From Gemmatimonadota bacterium (GTDB lineage Bacteria; Gemmatimonadota; Gemmatimonadetes; Palauibacterales; Palauibacteraceae), in assembly GCA_965116475.1 (NCBI GenBank), contig OZ220691.1:3488001-3552000 (forward strand): a DNA stretch of 64,000 nt. Reading direction: 5' to 3'. Position numbers and translations under genes: made by a program. The notes below the pieces were generated by a model that was not told the DNA's origin, made no database searches, and saw only the letters and a program-made list of their open reading frames with translations. This document shows positions 51,066 through 59,022 of this stretch, piece by piece (position 1 is the first letter of the stretch; each line of letters starts with the position of its first letter).

Positions 51066-51400
51066 CACCCCAGACCGTACTCGTCCCACGCATGGACGAT
51101 CTCGAAGAGCGCACCGATCTCAGACTTCGTGAGCGCCCGGAGGTCGTCCAATCCACCGTCACCTTCGACCGACTTTGGTATCAGACGCCCGAGTTCGCCC
51201 GCCCACTCCAGCAGCTGCGCGACCGACACGCCGTGCCGTTCACAGCGCCCGTACACGTAGTACACCTGCTTCTCGGTTGGTGACTCCGGGTGCAACGCAT
51301 TCTTCGCGATGATCGTCTTATCTGTGGACTCTACCGCATCCCGCCAGCTCCCTGTGGGCTGCCCAGAGCTGCCGTTGTCTCCCTCACGTGTCCCTGTCAT
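51065..51400 (-). CDS. hypothetical protein, first gene after the long leader
   Basis: Strong GGGAGGAG RBS before ATG 51400; PTEKQ and LTKSEIGAL motifs. Confidence 0.65.
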   Translation of the reverse strand: MTGTREGDNGSSGQPTGSWRDAVESTDKTIIAKNALHPESPTEKQVYYVYGRCERHGVSVAQLLEWAGELGRLIPKSVEGDGGLDDLRALTKSEIGALFEIVHAWDEYGLG

Positions 51401-51875
51401 CGATCTCCTCCCTCTCTCCAGTCGCCGGGGCGCACCTCTCCCTATTTTGTTCTCGGCCTCGCCGGTTCTCCCTCTAATTGTCTGAAGCGATGACCGGCCC
51501 GGTGAGGGACAGCAGCAGACCGAGGGCCAGCCCGGGCCGTTGCGAAAGGGAGGCATGGTTTCGTCTCCCACGGTATCCGAGTTGGTGTCTCGGCCTGCTG
51601 AACATGACCTGGCGGAGCCGGGCATAGCAGGCTGTGGGAGCTGCTTCCCTCCGGCCTCTCGACCGGAGCCAGCCGCCTCGCTCTCCCACTTCGACCTCGA
51701 GGCCTCATCTCGGCGCTATTGGCTGGATGCCCTTCCCGGTGCGCCACTCTCTCGCATTCCCGCGCCGGTGGGTGGACCCTCTCCTCCACGGTTCAGCGTT
51801 CCAACGATCCCACGCATAACACGACCGGCCGATTCTCGCCAATGGTTCGGTCAGCGTCGGAGGATGTGAATCATG

Positions 51876-51938
51876 GATGCAAGAAACCCCGAGACGAGAG
51901 GTCTTTTGGGAGAGCTTCGCCTCGGGGCTTCCTGCACC
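51876..51938 (-). other. 22-bp RNA hairpin downstream of the integrase (terminator or regulatory RNA)
   Basis: All four non-Watson-Crick positions are A.C on the + strand, i.e. G.U on the - strand transcript. Confidence 0.7.
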
Positions 51939-51973
51939 GGCCCAAGGAAGAATCCTCGAGCGCGTCCACAATC

Positions 51974-53197
51974 TCAGTCGCTTGTCACCGGCGCAACGTA
52001 CTCGGCCCATGCCTCCATCACCGGACGCCGACGCTCGAGGAGATCGCTGCGCTGGTAGGCCCGCACGACGGCGTTTCGCTCGACATGACCGAGGATCGCC
52101 TCGGCCACTGCGAAATCGACGCCCGTATCTTCACACCAACTGCGCATGGAGGTTCGCAAACCGTGCGGCGTGGCCGGGACGTCGAGACGCCTGAGGAGCT
52201 GGAGAAACGCCATCTTGCTGAGGGGCCGATCAGCGCCAGCGCGCGGGCGAGAGGAAGGGAAGACCCAACCGGTCCCGCCCCAGCGCGCCTGGGCGTCTTC
52301 TAGCACCCTCAGGGCGCAATCTGCGAGCGGTACGCGGTGAGACCTACCTGACTTCGTCCGGAGGCTCGGAATCGTCCAGATCGCGTTCTCCAGGTCGATC
52401 TCGTCCCACGTCATCTCTCGGACCTCGCCGGTCCGAACTCCCGTCAGCGCCAAGAACGTGAACGCCGAGCGCGTCACGCGGTCGGCGGTGGACGCCTCGA
52501 CCATCTCGAGCAGGCCGGCGATCTCGCTGTGGTGCAGGGCCGGGTGGTGACGCTTCACGCGGCTGGCGTGACGCGGCAGCACCGTGAGGAGGTGGCGGCC
52601 CGCCGGGTTGTCGGTTCGGTGTCCCATCGCGACGGCCATCTCGAACGTCCTGGCCAGCCGAGCGCGGACCCTCCGGGCGGTCTCCTGCTTCTCCTCCCAG
52701 AAGCCGCGGGCCTGAAGCACCCGCGCCACGTCGGCGGACGTCACCTCGTCAACGCGCATCGCGAGCAGCGGATCGGCGTATCTGGTCACCGAGTTTCGCC
52801 ACTGGCGCTCGCTATCGGGAGACCTCCAGCGGGGTTTCTCCCGGGAGATCACCGCCTCGAAGACCTCGCCCACCGTCGGGACGACCCCCTTCGGCTGCTC
52901 GGTGGCCGGAGGCTTAGCCTTCCGCCGGCGCGGATCCTCTCCGGCTTCGACCGCCGCGAAGTTCCGGAACGCCTGTTCTCGGGCCTCCCTGAGGCTCACC
53001 GCCGGCCACGTTCCCAAGCCGAGGGTGGTTTGCTTGCCGTTGATCTTCACCTTCTGTATCCACCGGCGTCTGGCGGTTCGGTCCGACGTGGGCCGGACGA
53101 GGAGTGAAAGGCCGGCGTATCCGACGGCGTACTTTCGTGGGCCGCCTAGCGTCCCGATCTTCTTCTCGGTGAGGCGCACCAAGGGGCGTTTCGGCAT
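51974..53197 (-). CDS. int: tyrosine integrase, P4-like with N-terminal arm-binding domain
   Basis: GLG.WPAVSLREAR arm domain; TGVRTGE, HRVPL, HGLR, ILGH, AYQRSD catalytic motifs. Confidence 0.95.
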   Translation of the reverse strand: MPKRPLVRLTEKKIGTLGGPRKYAVGYAGLSLLVRPTSDRTARRRWIQKVKINGKQTTLGLGTWPAVSLREAREQAFRNFAAVEAGEDPRRRKAKPPATEQPKGVVPTVGEVFEAVISREKPRWRSPDSERQWRNSVTRYADPLLAMRVDEVTSADVARVLQARGFWEEKQETARRVRARLARTFEMAVAMGHRTDNPAGRHLLTVLPRHASRVKRHHPALHHSEIAGLLEMVEASTADRVTRSAFTFLALTGVRTGEVREMTWDEIDLENAIWTIPSLRTKSGRSHRVPLADCALRVLEDAQARWGGTGWVFPSSRPRAGADRPLSKMAFLQLLRRLDVPATPHGLRTSMRSWCEDTGVDFAVAEAILGHVERNAVVRAYQRSDLLERRRPVMEAWAEYVAPVTSD

Positions 53198-53215
53198 GGG
53201 GATCTCCGTTCGCTA

Positions 53216-53347
53216 TGGGGTACTCGTGCCTGCGAGTACCCCAAAACATGCCCCAAGTACCCCAAACTCGCAACTCTAGAGGAGGCATGGAGTTCCGCAT
53301 GAACATCCGACAACAGGTTCCGTATAATACATGATATCAACGAGTTG
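53216..53347. promoter_or_regulatory. integrase arm-type repeats, putative outward sigma70 promoter and IHF site, right end
   Basis: AGTACCCCA once inverted and twice direct in 53216-53266; TGAACA-17-TATAAT at 53300-53328; TATCAACGAGTTG at 53335-53347 matches WATCAANNNNTTR. Confidence 0.65.
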
Positions 53348-53390
53348 TGAATCATCCAGAAGTCCAATGAACATCAAGGGATTCGCGATT

Positions 53391-53921
53391 GTGCGATCAC
53401 CACACGTTCCCGCCACCCTCGTGCTTGCGGCCGCGCTTCTGTCCGGGCTGGCCCTGGACCCGTTGCCGCTGCGCGCGCAGGATCCGCCGCCTCCCGTCGT
53501 CCCCGACTCGGCCGCCGCCGAAACGAGCCCTGTCGCCGACACGACGGGCCGGCGCCCGCCCATCTCCCCCCTCGGCGCCTTCGGACGCTCCCTGGTCCTT
53601 CCGGGCTGGGGACAACTGGAGGTCGGACGCCCCGCCCGCGGCGCTTTCTACTTCGCCGCCGAGTCCGTCTTTCTGTTCATGGTCTTCAAGTCCGACGCGC
53701 GGCTCTCCGCCGCGAAGGAGGAGATGCCGCCGAACGAAGAGCGGATCTCCAACCGCACGGGGCAGCGGGAGAACTGGATCGTTCTGGCCGGGTTCTTCGC
53801 CTTCCTGAGCGGCCTCGACGCCTGGGTGTCCACGCAGTTCTGGGACTTCGAGCCCTCGATCGGTCCGCCCGCCGATGGGTCCGTCGGGATCGCGCTCGGT
53901 TTCAAGGTCGATTTCCCCTGA
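53391..53921 (+). CDS. exported/membrane protein, DUF5683-like (start uncertain: GTG 53391 or 53421)
   Basis: Signal peptide-like N-terminus; SP..A..RSLVLPGWGQ; LDAWV. Confidence 0.7.
   Translation: MRSPHVPATLVLAAALLSGLALDPLPLRAQDPPPPVVPDSAAAETSPVADTTGRRPPISPLGAFGRSLVLPGWGQLEVGRPARGAFYFAAESVFLFMVFKSDARLSAAKEEMPPNEERISNRTGQRENWIVLAGFFAFLSGLDAWVSTQFWDFEPSIGPPADGSVGIALGFKVDFP
53400..53415 (+). repeat. att core, right copy
   Basis: CCACACGTTCCCGCCA duplicates the tRNA-Sec 3' end. Confidence 0.92.
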
Positions 53922-53953
53922 AGGAGACCGGCGGCCCGCCCCGCCGTCGGGAC

Positions 53954-54697
53954 TCAGCCCTCGCCGGGACCGCGGTATGACTCCAGGCGGATCTCGTCCG
54001 CCGTCACGACGGCGAAACTGTTGTGATGGAGCCAGTCCCCGGAGTTGAGGTAGTACCTCCCCGGCGCGAGTTCCGTGACTTCCGGCCGGTGCGAATGCCC
54101 GAACACGACCAGGTCCACATCGTCGTGGGCGGCCAGCACCTCCGCCGCGTGCCGCGCGAGAACCGAAGCCCGGGGCGACTCCTTCGGGGCCCCTCCCGCC
54201 TGGGCCCGCCGCGTCCCGCTGGCGAGCCGCGCGAGCGGGAGTCCGAGGTCGGGGTGGACCCACCGGAAGAGTCCGCGCCCCACCGGACTGCGCGCGGCCC
54301 GGCGCAGAACCCGGTAGCCCCGGTCGGCGGGGCCGAGTCCGTCGCCGTGTGCGATGTACGCCCGCCGCCCCGCGATCCGTCGCCGCGCCGGCTCTTCGAG
54401 GACTTCGACGCCGACTTCGTCGCGGAGAAAACTGCCCCCCCACGCGTCGTGGTTCCCGCCCATGAAGAGGACGGGCATGCCGCGTTCGACGAGTCTTCGC
54501 AGGCGGGCGAGCACGTCGAGTTGACCGCGTGGGATCACCTGGCGGTATTCGAACCAGAAGTCGAACAGGTCGCCGTTGATGAGAAGTTCGTCGCCCCAGC
54601 GGTCCGCCTCTTCGAGGAAGGCGAGAAACGCGCGCGCGTTCTCCTCGGCCACGGCCCCGAGGTGGATGTCGGACACGATGACGGTGCGTTCTGACAT
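53954..54697 (-). CDS. lpxH: UDP-2,3-diacylglucosamine diphosphatase-like metallophosphoesterase
   Basis: SDIHLG, GDLFDFW, GNHD, AHGD, FGHSH, NSGDW. Confidence 0.8.
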   Translation of the reverse strand: MSERTVIVSDIHLGAVAEENARAFLAFLEEADRWGDELLINGDLFDFWFEYRQVIPRGQLDVLARLRRLVERGMPVLFMGGNHDAWGGSFLRDEVGVEVLEEPARRRIAGRRAYIAHGDGLGPADRGYRVLRRAARSPVGRGLFRWVHPDLGLPLARLASGTRRAQAGGAPKESPRASVLARHAAEVLAAHDDVDLVVFGHSHRPEVTELAPGRYYLNSGDWLHHNSFAVVTADEIRLESYRGPGEG

Positions 54698-54811
54698 GGG
54701 GCCGAAGCTCGGCGCGCCGGGCGCGGCCCGTCAAACCCGGCGGCGGGCTGCGGGGCACCCGTCCCCGCGGAAAGTTCGACACCCGGTGCGTCGCGGGAGC
54801 ATATTGCCCGC

Positions 54812-55255
54812 ATGGAAGCCGCGAACGGAGTCGGAACGACGGAAGTGCGCGTACGGTACGCCGAGACCGACCAGATGGGGCGGGCGCACCACCGCCACTA
54901 CCTCGTATGGTGCGAACTGGGGCGCACGACGCTCATGCGCGAGCGCGGCGTGTCGTACGCCGAACTCGAGCGCGGAGGCCTCTGGCTCCCGGTGTCCCGG
55001 GTCGAAGTCGAATACCGGATCCCGGTCGAGTACGACGAACTCATCCGGATTCACACCCGCGTGGAACGTGTCCGGAGCCGCGAAGTCGTGTTCGCCTACC
55101 GGATCGCGCGCGCCTCCGACGACGCGACGCTGGCGCGCGCCCGCACGGCCCTCGTGTGCACCGACGCGCGGGGCCGCCCGCACCGGTTCCCGGATGCCGT
55201 GAAGCGGCAGCTGCAGGCCCTCCCGGCCGTCGCCGCCCCGCCCGCCGCCACATGA
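54812..55255 (+). CDS. acyl-CoA thioesterase, YbgC/4HBT family
   Basis: RVRYAETDQMG..HH..YL.W.E.GR. Confidence 0.88.
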   Translation: MEAANGVGTTEVRVRYAETDQMGRAHHRHYLVWCELGRTTLMRERGVSYAELERGGLWLPVSRVEVEYRIPVEYDELIRIHTRVERVRSREVVFAYRIARASDDATLARARTALVCTDARGRPHRFPDAVKRQLQALPAVAAPPAAT

Positions 55256-56190
55256 ACCGCGCCCCGATGCGCCGGACTCTCCGGGTACTCCTCCTCCTGT
55301 CCCTGAGCGCCTGCGGCGGCGGTTTCGAGCGCGGGACCTCGCTGCCCGATCCAGAAGATGTCGCGCGGCGGGCGCGCGCGAACTCGGGCACGGAGCAGCC
55401 GATGCACGTCGTCTTCCGGTGGGAATACACCGGCGAGAGCGGGAGTTTCCGCGGCGACGGCGCCGCCCGGGTGAACCCGCCCGACCGCTTCCGCCTCGAC
55501 CTCTTCTCGACGGGGGAGGGAAGCCTCCAGGCCACGCTCGTCGACGGGCTCCTGGCCACGTCGGGCGACCTCGAGGGCGTCGAGCTGCCGCCGACCGTCT
55601 TCCTGTACGCCATGGCGGGCGTGTTCCGCCCCGGCGACATGCCTCCCGCCGCCGGGTCCGAGATCCCCGGGTTCCGCGTCCTCGAGTTCACGGTCGAAGG
55701 AGGCGCGACGCGAAGCTATTATCTTGACGAGGGCCGGCTCACCCGCCTCGAGGAGCGGCGGGCCGGCCGCCGTGAGCGTTGGATCGAGCTCGAGTGGGGG
55801 CGCGACCGCCGCTGGCCCCGGGAGGCCCGGTATCGGGACATCGTCGACTCGAGCGGGGTACGTTGGGAGTTGGTGAGCGCGACGGCTCAAACACAGCCAT
55901 ACGATGAGGAACACTATGTCCTGCCGATTCCGCGCCGGAGCGATGGCCACGATCACGATGCTCGCCGTGCTGGCGGGGTGCTACGGCTTCTCCGGCGGCG
56001 GCGGGCTGCCCAGCCACATGCGCACGGTGTGGGTCGCCCCGATCGAAAACGAGAGCACGCAGTTCGGCATCGCGGAATCCCTGATGGACGAACTCCTCAC
56101 GGCGGCGCGCCAGCGGCTGGGGCTGCGGCTCTCGTCCGAGGAGGAAGCGGACGCGGTCATCACGGCGCAGATCAGGCGCTACGCAGATGA
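55252..56190 (+). CDS. hypothetical lipoprotein (possibly LolB-like); 3' end overlaps lptE and is doubtful
   Basis: LSAC lipobox, PPDRFRLDLF; credible protein-like sequence ends near 55935. Confidence 0.55.
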   Translation: MNRAPMRRTLRVLLLLSLSACGGGFERGTSLPDPEDVARRARANSGTEQPMHVVFRWEYTGESGSFRGDGAARVNPPDRFRLDLFSTGEGSLQATLVDGLLATSGDLEGVELPPTVFLYAMAGVFRPGDMPPAAGSEIPGFRVLEFTVEGGATRSYYLDEGRLTRLEERRAGRRERWIELEWGRDRRWPREARYRDIVDSSGVRWELVSATAQTQPYDEEHYVLPIPRRSDGHDHDARRAGGVLRLLRRRRAAQPHAHGVGRPDRKREHAVRHRGIPDGRTPHGGAPAAGAAALVRGGSGRGHHGADQALRR

Positions 56191-56428
56191 GGCGGTCAAC
56201 TTCGACGCCGTCGGCGGGGTCGGCGCGGACGTCTTCCAGCGTCGCGTGACCGTCAGCGTGTCCGTGGAGATCCTCGATGTGGCCGAGAACCTCATCATCT
56301 GGGGCAACCAGAGCCTGACCGGGACCGGGGAGTACGAGCCCGGAGGGGAAACCGAAGACCAGGCGCTGGTCGTCGCGCTCGAGAATCTCGTTCAGCAGAT
56401 CGTCGACGGGGCGCAGTCGCAGTGGTAG
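55916..56428 (+). CDS. lptE: LPS assembly lipoprotein LptE family
   Basis: LAGCY lipobox, LP.HMRTV.V.PIEN, ends AQSQW; GAGGA RBS. Confidence 0.75.
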   Translation: MSCRFRAGAMATITMLAVLAGCYGFSGGGGLPSHMRTVWVAPIENESTQFGIAESLMDELLTAARQRLGLRLSSEEEADAVITAQIRRYADEAVNFDAVGGVGADVFQRRVTVSVSVEILDVAENLIIWGNQSLTGTGEYEPGGETEDQALVVALENLVQQIVDGAQSQW

Positions 56429-56591
56429 ACCGACCGGCGTCGACCGCCGGGACGGGATCGGGGCGGGAGCCCCTCGCGCCCGCGCGATCGGTTCGCCATT
56501 CTGTGGTCGATCGTTCACACGGGCCGATAACCTTCACTCAACGTCCGGGCGCCGACATGCCGCTAGCCGCTCGACCCGCCACGCCGAACCT

Positions 56592-57071
56592 GTGACGTAC
56601 ACCGCCGGTCTCGTCGCCATCCTGGCGGCTGTCTGGCTCCTGTTGTCGGGATACCTCGACAAACCGCTGCTCCTGGGGCTGGGCGCGGCGTCGGTGGCGT
56701 TCGTCGTCTTCATTTCGCTCCGCATGCGGATCGTCGATGACGAGGGGCTGCCGATCCAGCTCCCGGCGGGGCTCGTCCGCTACCTGCCGTGGCTCGTCGT
56801 CGAGATCGTGAAGGCGAACGTCGATGTCGCCCTGCGCATCCTGAGGCCGGGCCTGCCCATCCGTCCCCGCGTGATCCGCGTGCGGGCGGGACAGCGCACG
56901 GATGTCGGCCGGGTCATCTACGCCAACTCGATCACGCTCACGCCCGGCACCGTGACGATCGACACGGAGGGCGACCACATCACGGTCCATGCCCTCACGG
57001 ACGAGGCGGCCGAGGGCGTCCTCACGGGCGAGATGGACCGGCGGGTGGCCCGCGTCGAGGGACGCGGATGA
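56592..57071 (+). CDS. mnhE: Mrp/Mnh antiporter subunit E
   Basis: EIVKANVDVA, ANSITLTPGT, VHAL. Confidence 0.92.
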   Translation: MTYTAGLVAILAAVWLLLSGYLDKPLLLGLGAASVAFVVFISLRMRIVDDEGLPIQLPAGLVRYLPWLVVEIVKANVDVALRILRPGLPIRPRVIRVRAGQRTDVGRVIYANSITLTPGTVTIDTEGDHITVHALTDEAAEGVLTGEMDRRVARVEGRG

Positions 57072-57349
57072 TCCTCGCCGCCGTCGTCGCCGCGATCATC
57101 GTCACGATGGGACTCGCGCTCGTGCGGGCCGGGAAGGGGCCGACCGTCTTCGACCGCATCCTCGCGCTGAACATGTTCGGCACGAAGACGGTCCTCCTGA
57201 TTGCCGTAATCGGGTTCGTGACGGGCCGGCCCGATTTCCTCGACCTCGGACTCGTGTACGCCCTCATCAACTTCATCAGCGTCATCGCCGTGCTCAGGTT
57301 CTCCAAGTACGGGAACTTCGCCGATCCGGACCGCGAGAGAACGTCATGA
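57068..57349 (+). CDS. mnhF: Mrp/Mnh antiporter subunit F
   Basis: GPTVFDRILA, D..LVYALINF. Confidence 0.9.
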   Translation: MILAAVVAAIIVTMGLALVRAGKGPTVFDRILALNMFGTKTVLLIAVIGFVTGRPDFLDLGLVYALINFISVIAVLRFSKYGNFADPDRERTS

Positions 57350-57669
57350 CGCTCGAGATCGTGAGTTCGGTACTCGTGATCGCCGGCGCGACCTTCGCGG
57401 TCATCGGCGGAATCGGCATCGTCCGCCTGCCCGATTTCTTCTGCCGCATCCACGGGGCGGGGATCACCGACACGCTCGGGGCGGGGCTGATTCTCACCGG
57501 GCTCATGTTTCTCTCGCCCCATTGGATCGTGGCGGTGAAGCTCCTCGCGATCCTCGTCCTGCTTTGGACCACGAGCCCCACGGCCACCCACGCCCTCGCC
57601 AACGCGGCGCTCGAAACCGGGCTCCGGCCACACGTCGATGAGACGGAGGAGGCGACATCGAGTTCGTAG
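57346..57669 (+). CDS. mnhG: Mrp/Mnh antiporter subunit G
   Basis: G.VRLPDFF.R.H, DTLG, SPTATHALA. Confidence 0.92.
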   Translation: MTLEIVSSVLVIAGATFAVIGGIGIVRLPDFFCRIHGAGITDTLGAGLILTGLMFLSPHWIVAVKLLAILVLLWTTSPTATHALANAALETGLRPHVDETEEATSSS

Positions 57670-58235
57670 CGCTCGAGGTCCAGGTCGTCACGGCGTTGCT
57701 CCTCACGCTGCTGTGCGCGACGGCGGTCGCGGTCGTCCGCATGCGCGGCCTGTTCGCCGCCGTCATGCTGATGGGGATCTACAGCTTCCTCGGCGCCTCC
57801 TGGATGCTCCTGCTCGACGCCCCGGACGTCGCCTTCACGGAGGCCTCGGTCGGCGCCGGTATCTCGACCATCCTCGCGCTCGCCACCCTCGCGCTGACGA
57901 CGCGCAAGGCGAAAGCCCGCGCTCGAAGACCGGTGGTGCCGCTGCTCGTCGTCGCCGTCACCGGGGCCGCCCTCGTCTACGGGACGCTGGACATGCCGCA
58001 CTTCGGCGATCCGGAGGCGCCGGCCAGCAACTACCCGCACCCGTCCTACGTTGAGCGCGCCGAGGACGACATCCACGTGCCCAACGTCGTCACGGCGGTG
58101 CTGGCGAGCTACCGGGGCTACGACACGCTCGGCGAGACGGTCGTGATCTTCACGGCCGGCATCGCCGTGCTGGTCCTCCTGCGGGGGAGCCGCAAACGCC
58201 GGCCCACGGGCGGGGGAGGGGAGGACGCGGGATGA
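57657..58235 (+). CDS. Mrp subunit B-related (DUF4040) protein; probable ATC start
   Basis: APDVAFTEASVG, NVVTAVLASYRGYDTLGE. Confidence 0.85.
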   Translation: MEFVALEVQVVTALLLTLLCATAVAVVRMRGLFAAVMLMGIYSFLGASWMLLLDAPDVAFTEASVGAGISTILALATLALTTRKAKARARRPVVPLLVVAVTGAALVYGTLDMPHFGDPEAPASNYPHPSYVERAEDDIHVPNVVTAVLASYRGYDTLGETVVIFTAGIAVLVLLRGSRKRRPTGGGGEDAG

Positions 58236-58654
58236 CCGACCACACCGTGCTGCGCGTCGTCAGCAAGCTCCTGCTGCCCTACGTCCTCCTCTTCGCCCTC
58301 TACGTGCAGTTCCACGGCGACTACGGTCCGGGCGGCGGCTTCCAGGCGGGCGTGATCTTCGCGGCCGGCTTCGTGCTCTACGGGCTCATCTTCGGGCTCA
58401 CCGCGGTGCGCCGCGTCGCCCCGGGCCGCATGATCGAACTCGTCATCGCGACCGGCGTGCTCGTCTACGCGGGCACCGGGGTCGCGACGATGCTCATGGG
58501 CGAGAACTTCCTCGACTACGACGCCCTGTCCCCCGCGCACCCATCGACGGGGCAGCACTACGGCATTCTCGTCGTCGAACTCGGGGTCGGGATGACGGTC
58601 GCCGCGGTTATGATCGCGGTCTATTCGACCTTCGCGGGCCGAGGGCGCGCATGA
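58232..58654 (+). CDS. mnhB: Mrp/Mnh antiporter subunit B
   Basis: HGDYGPGGGFQAG, ELGVG. Confidence 0.9.
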   Translation: MTDHTVLRVVSKLLLPYVLLFALYVQFHGDYGPGGGFQAGVIFAAGFVLYGLIFGLTAVRRVAPGRMIELVIATGVLVYAGTGVATMLMGENFLDYDALSPAHPSTGQHYGILVVELGVGMTVAAVMIAVYSTFAGRGRA

Positions 58655-59022
58655 CCGGGACCCTCGTCGACGCCGTCCTCGGCCTCTACAACTACTGGGT
58701 CGTCATCTTCCTGATGATGACGGGGTTCTTCATCGTCATCTCGCGCGGTAACCTCATCAAGAAGGTCATCGGGCTCAACATCTTCCAGACCTCCGTCTTC
58801 CTCTTCTACATCACGGTCGGGAAGGTGAGCGGGGGCACGGCGCCGATCACGGCCGACGGACTGGAGGTCTACAGCAACCCGCTGCCGAGCGTCCTCATCC
58901 TGACGGCGATCGTCGTCGGCGTGGCGACGACCTCCGTCGCGCTCTCGCTCGTCGTGCGCATCCGCGAGGCGTACGAGACGATCGAGGAGGATGAGATCCA
59001 GGCGCAGGACGAGATTCGGTGA
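58651..59022 (+). CDS. mnhC: Mrp/Mnh antiporter subunit C
   Basis: NLIKKVIGL, NPLPSVLILTAIVVG. Confidence 0.92.
   Translation: MTGTLVDAVLGLYNYWVVIFLMMTGFFIVISRGNLIKKVIGLNIFQTSVFLFYITVGKVSGGTAPITADGLEVYSNPLPSVLILTAIVVGVATTSVALSLVVRIREAYETIEEDEIQAQDEIR

Larger units (their letters stand above)
42827..53415. mobile_element. ~10.6 kb selC-integrated head-encoding phage satellite / tail-less prophage-like element
   Basis: 16-bp att direct repeats, P4-type integrase, terminase-capsid-portal-neck genes, no recognisable tail, lysis or replication genes. Confidence 0.9.

Noticed and set aside
51442..52303. Small ORFs in and around the integrase-downstream region
   Set aside because: No motifs or convincing RBS, mutually overlapping, and none resembles AlpA/Xis; the region is better explained as non-coding.
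42827..53415. Reading the element as a complete prophage or a canonical RcGTA cluster
   Set aside because: Too small and lacking tail, lysis and replication genes for an autonomous tailed phage; it has an integrase and att sites and lacks RcGTA gene order. A deletion remnant is not fully excluded.
56429..56591. Possible cation-sensing riboswitch ahead of the mrp operon
   Set aside because: GC hairpins are present but I cannot match a known aptamer by eye; an Rfam scan would be needed.
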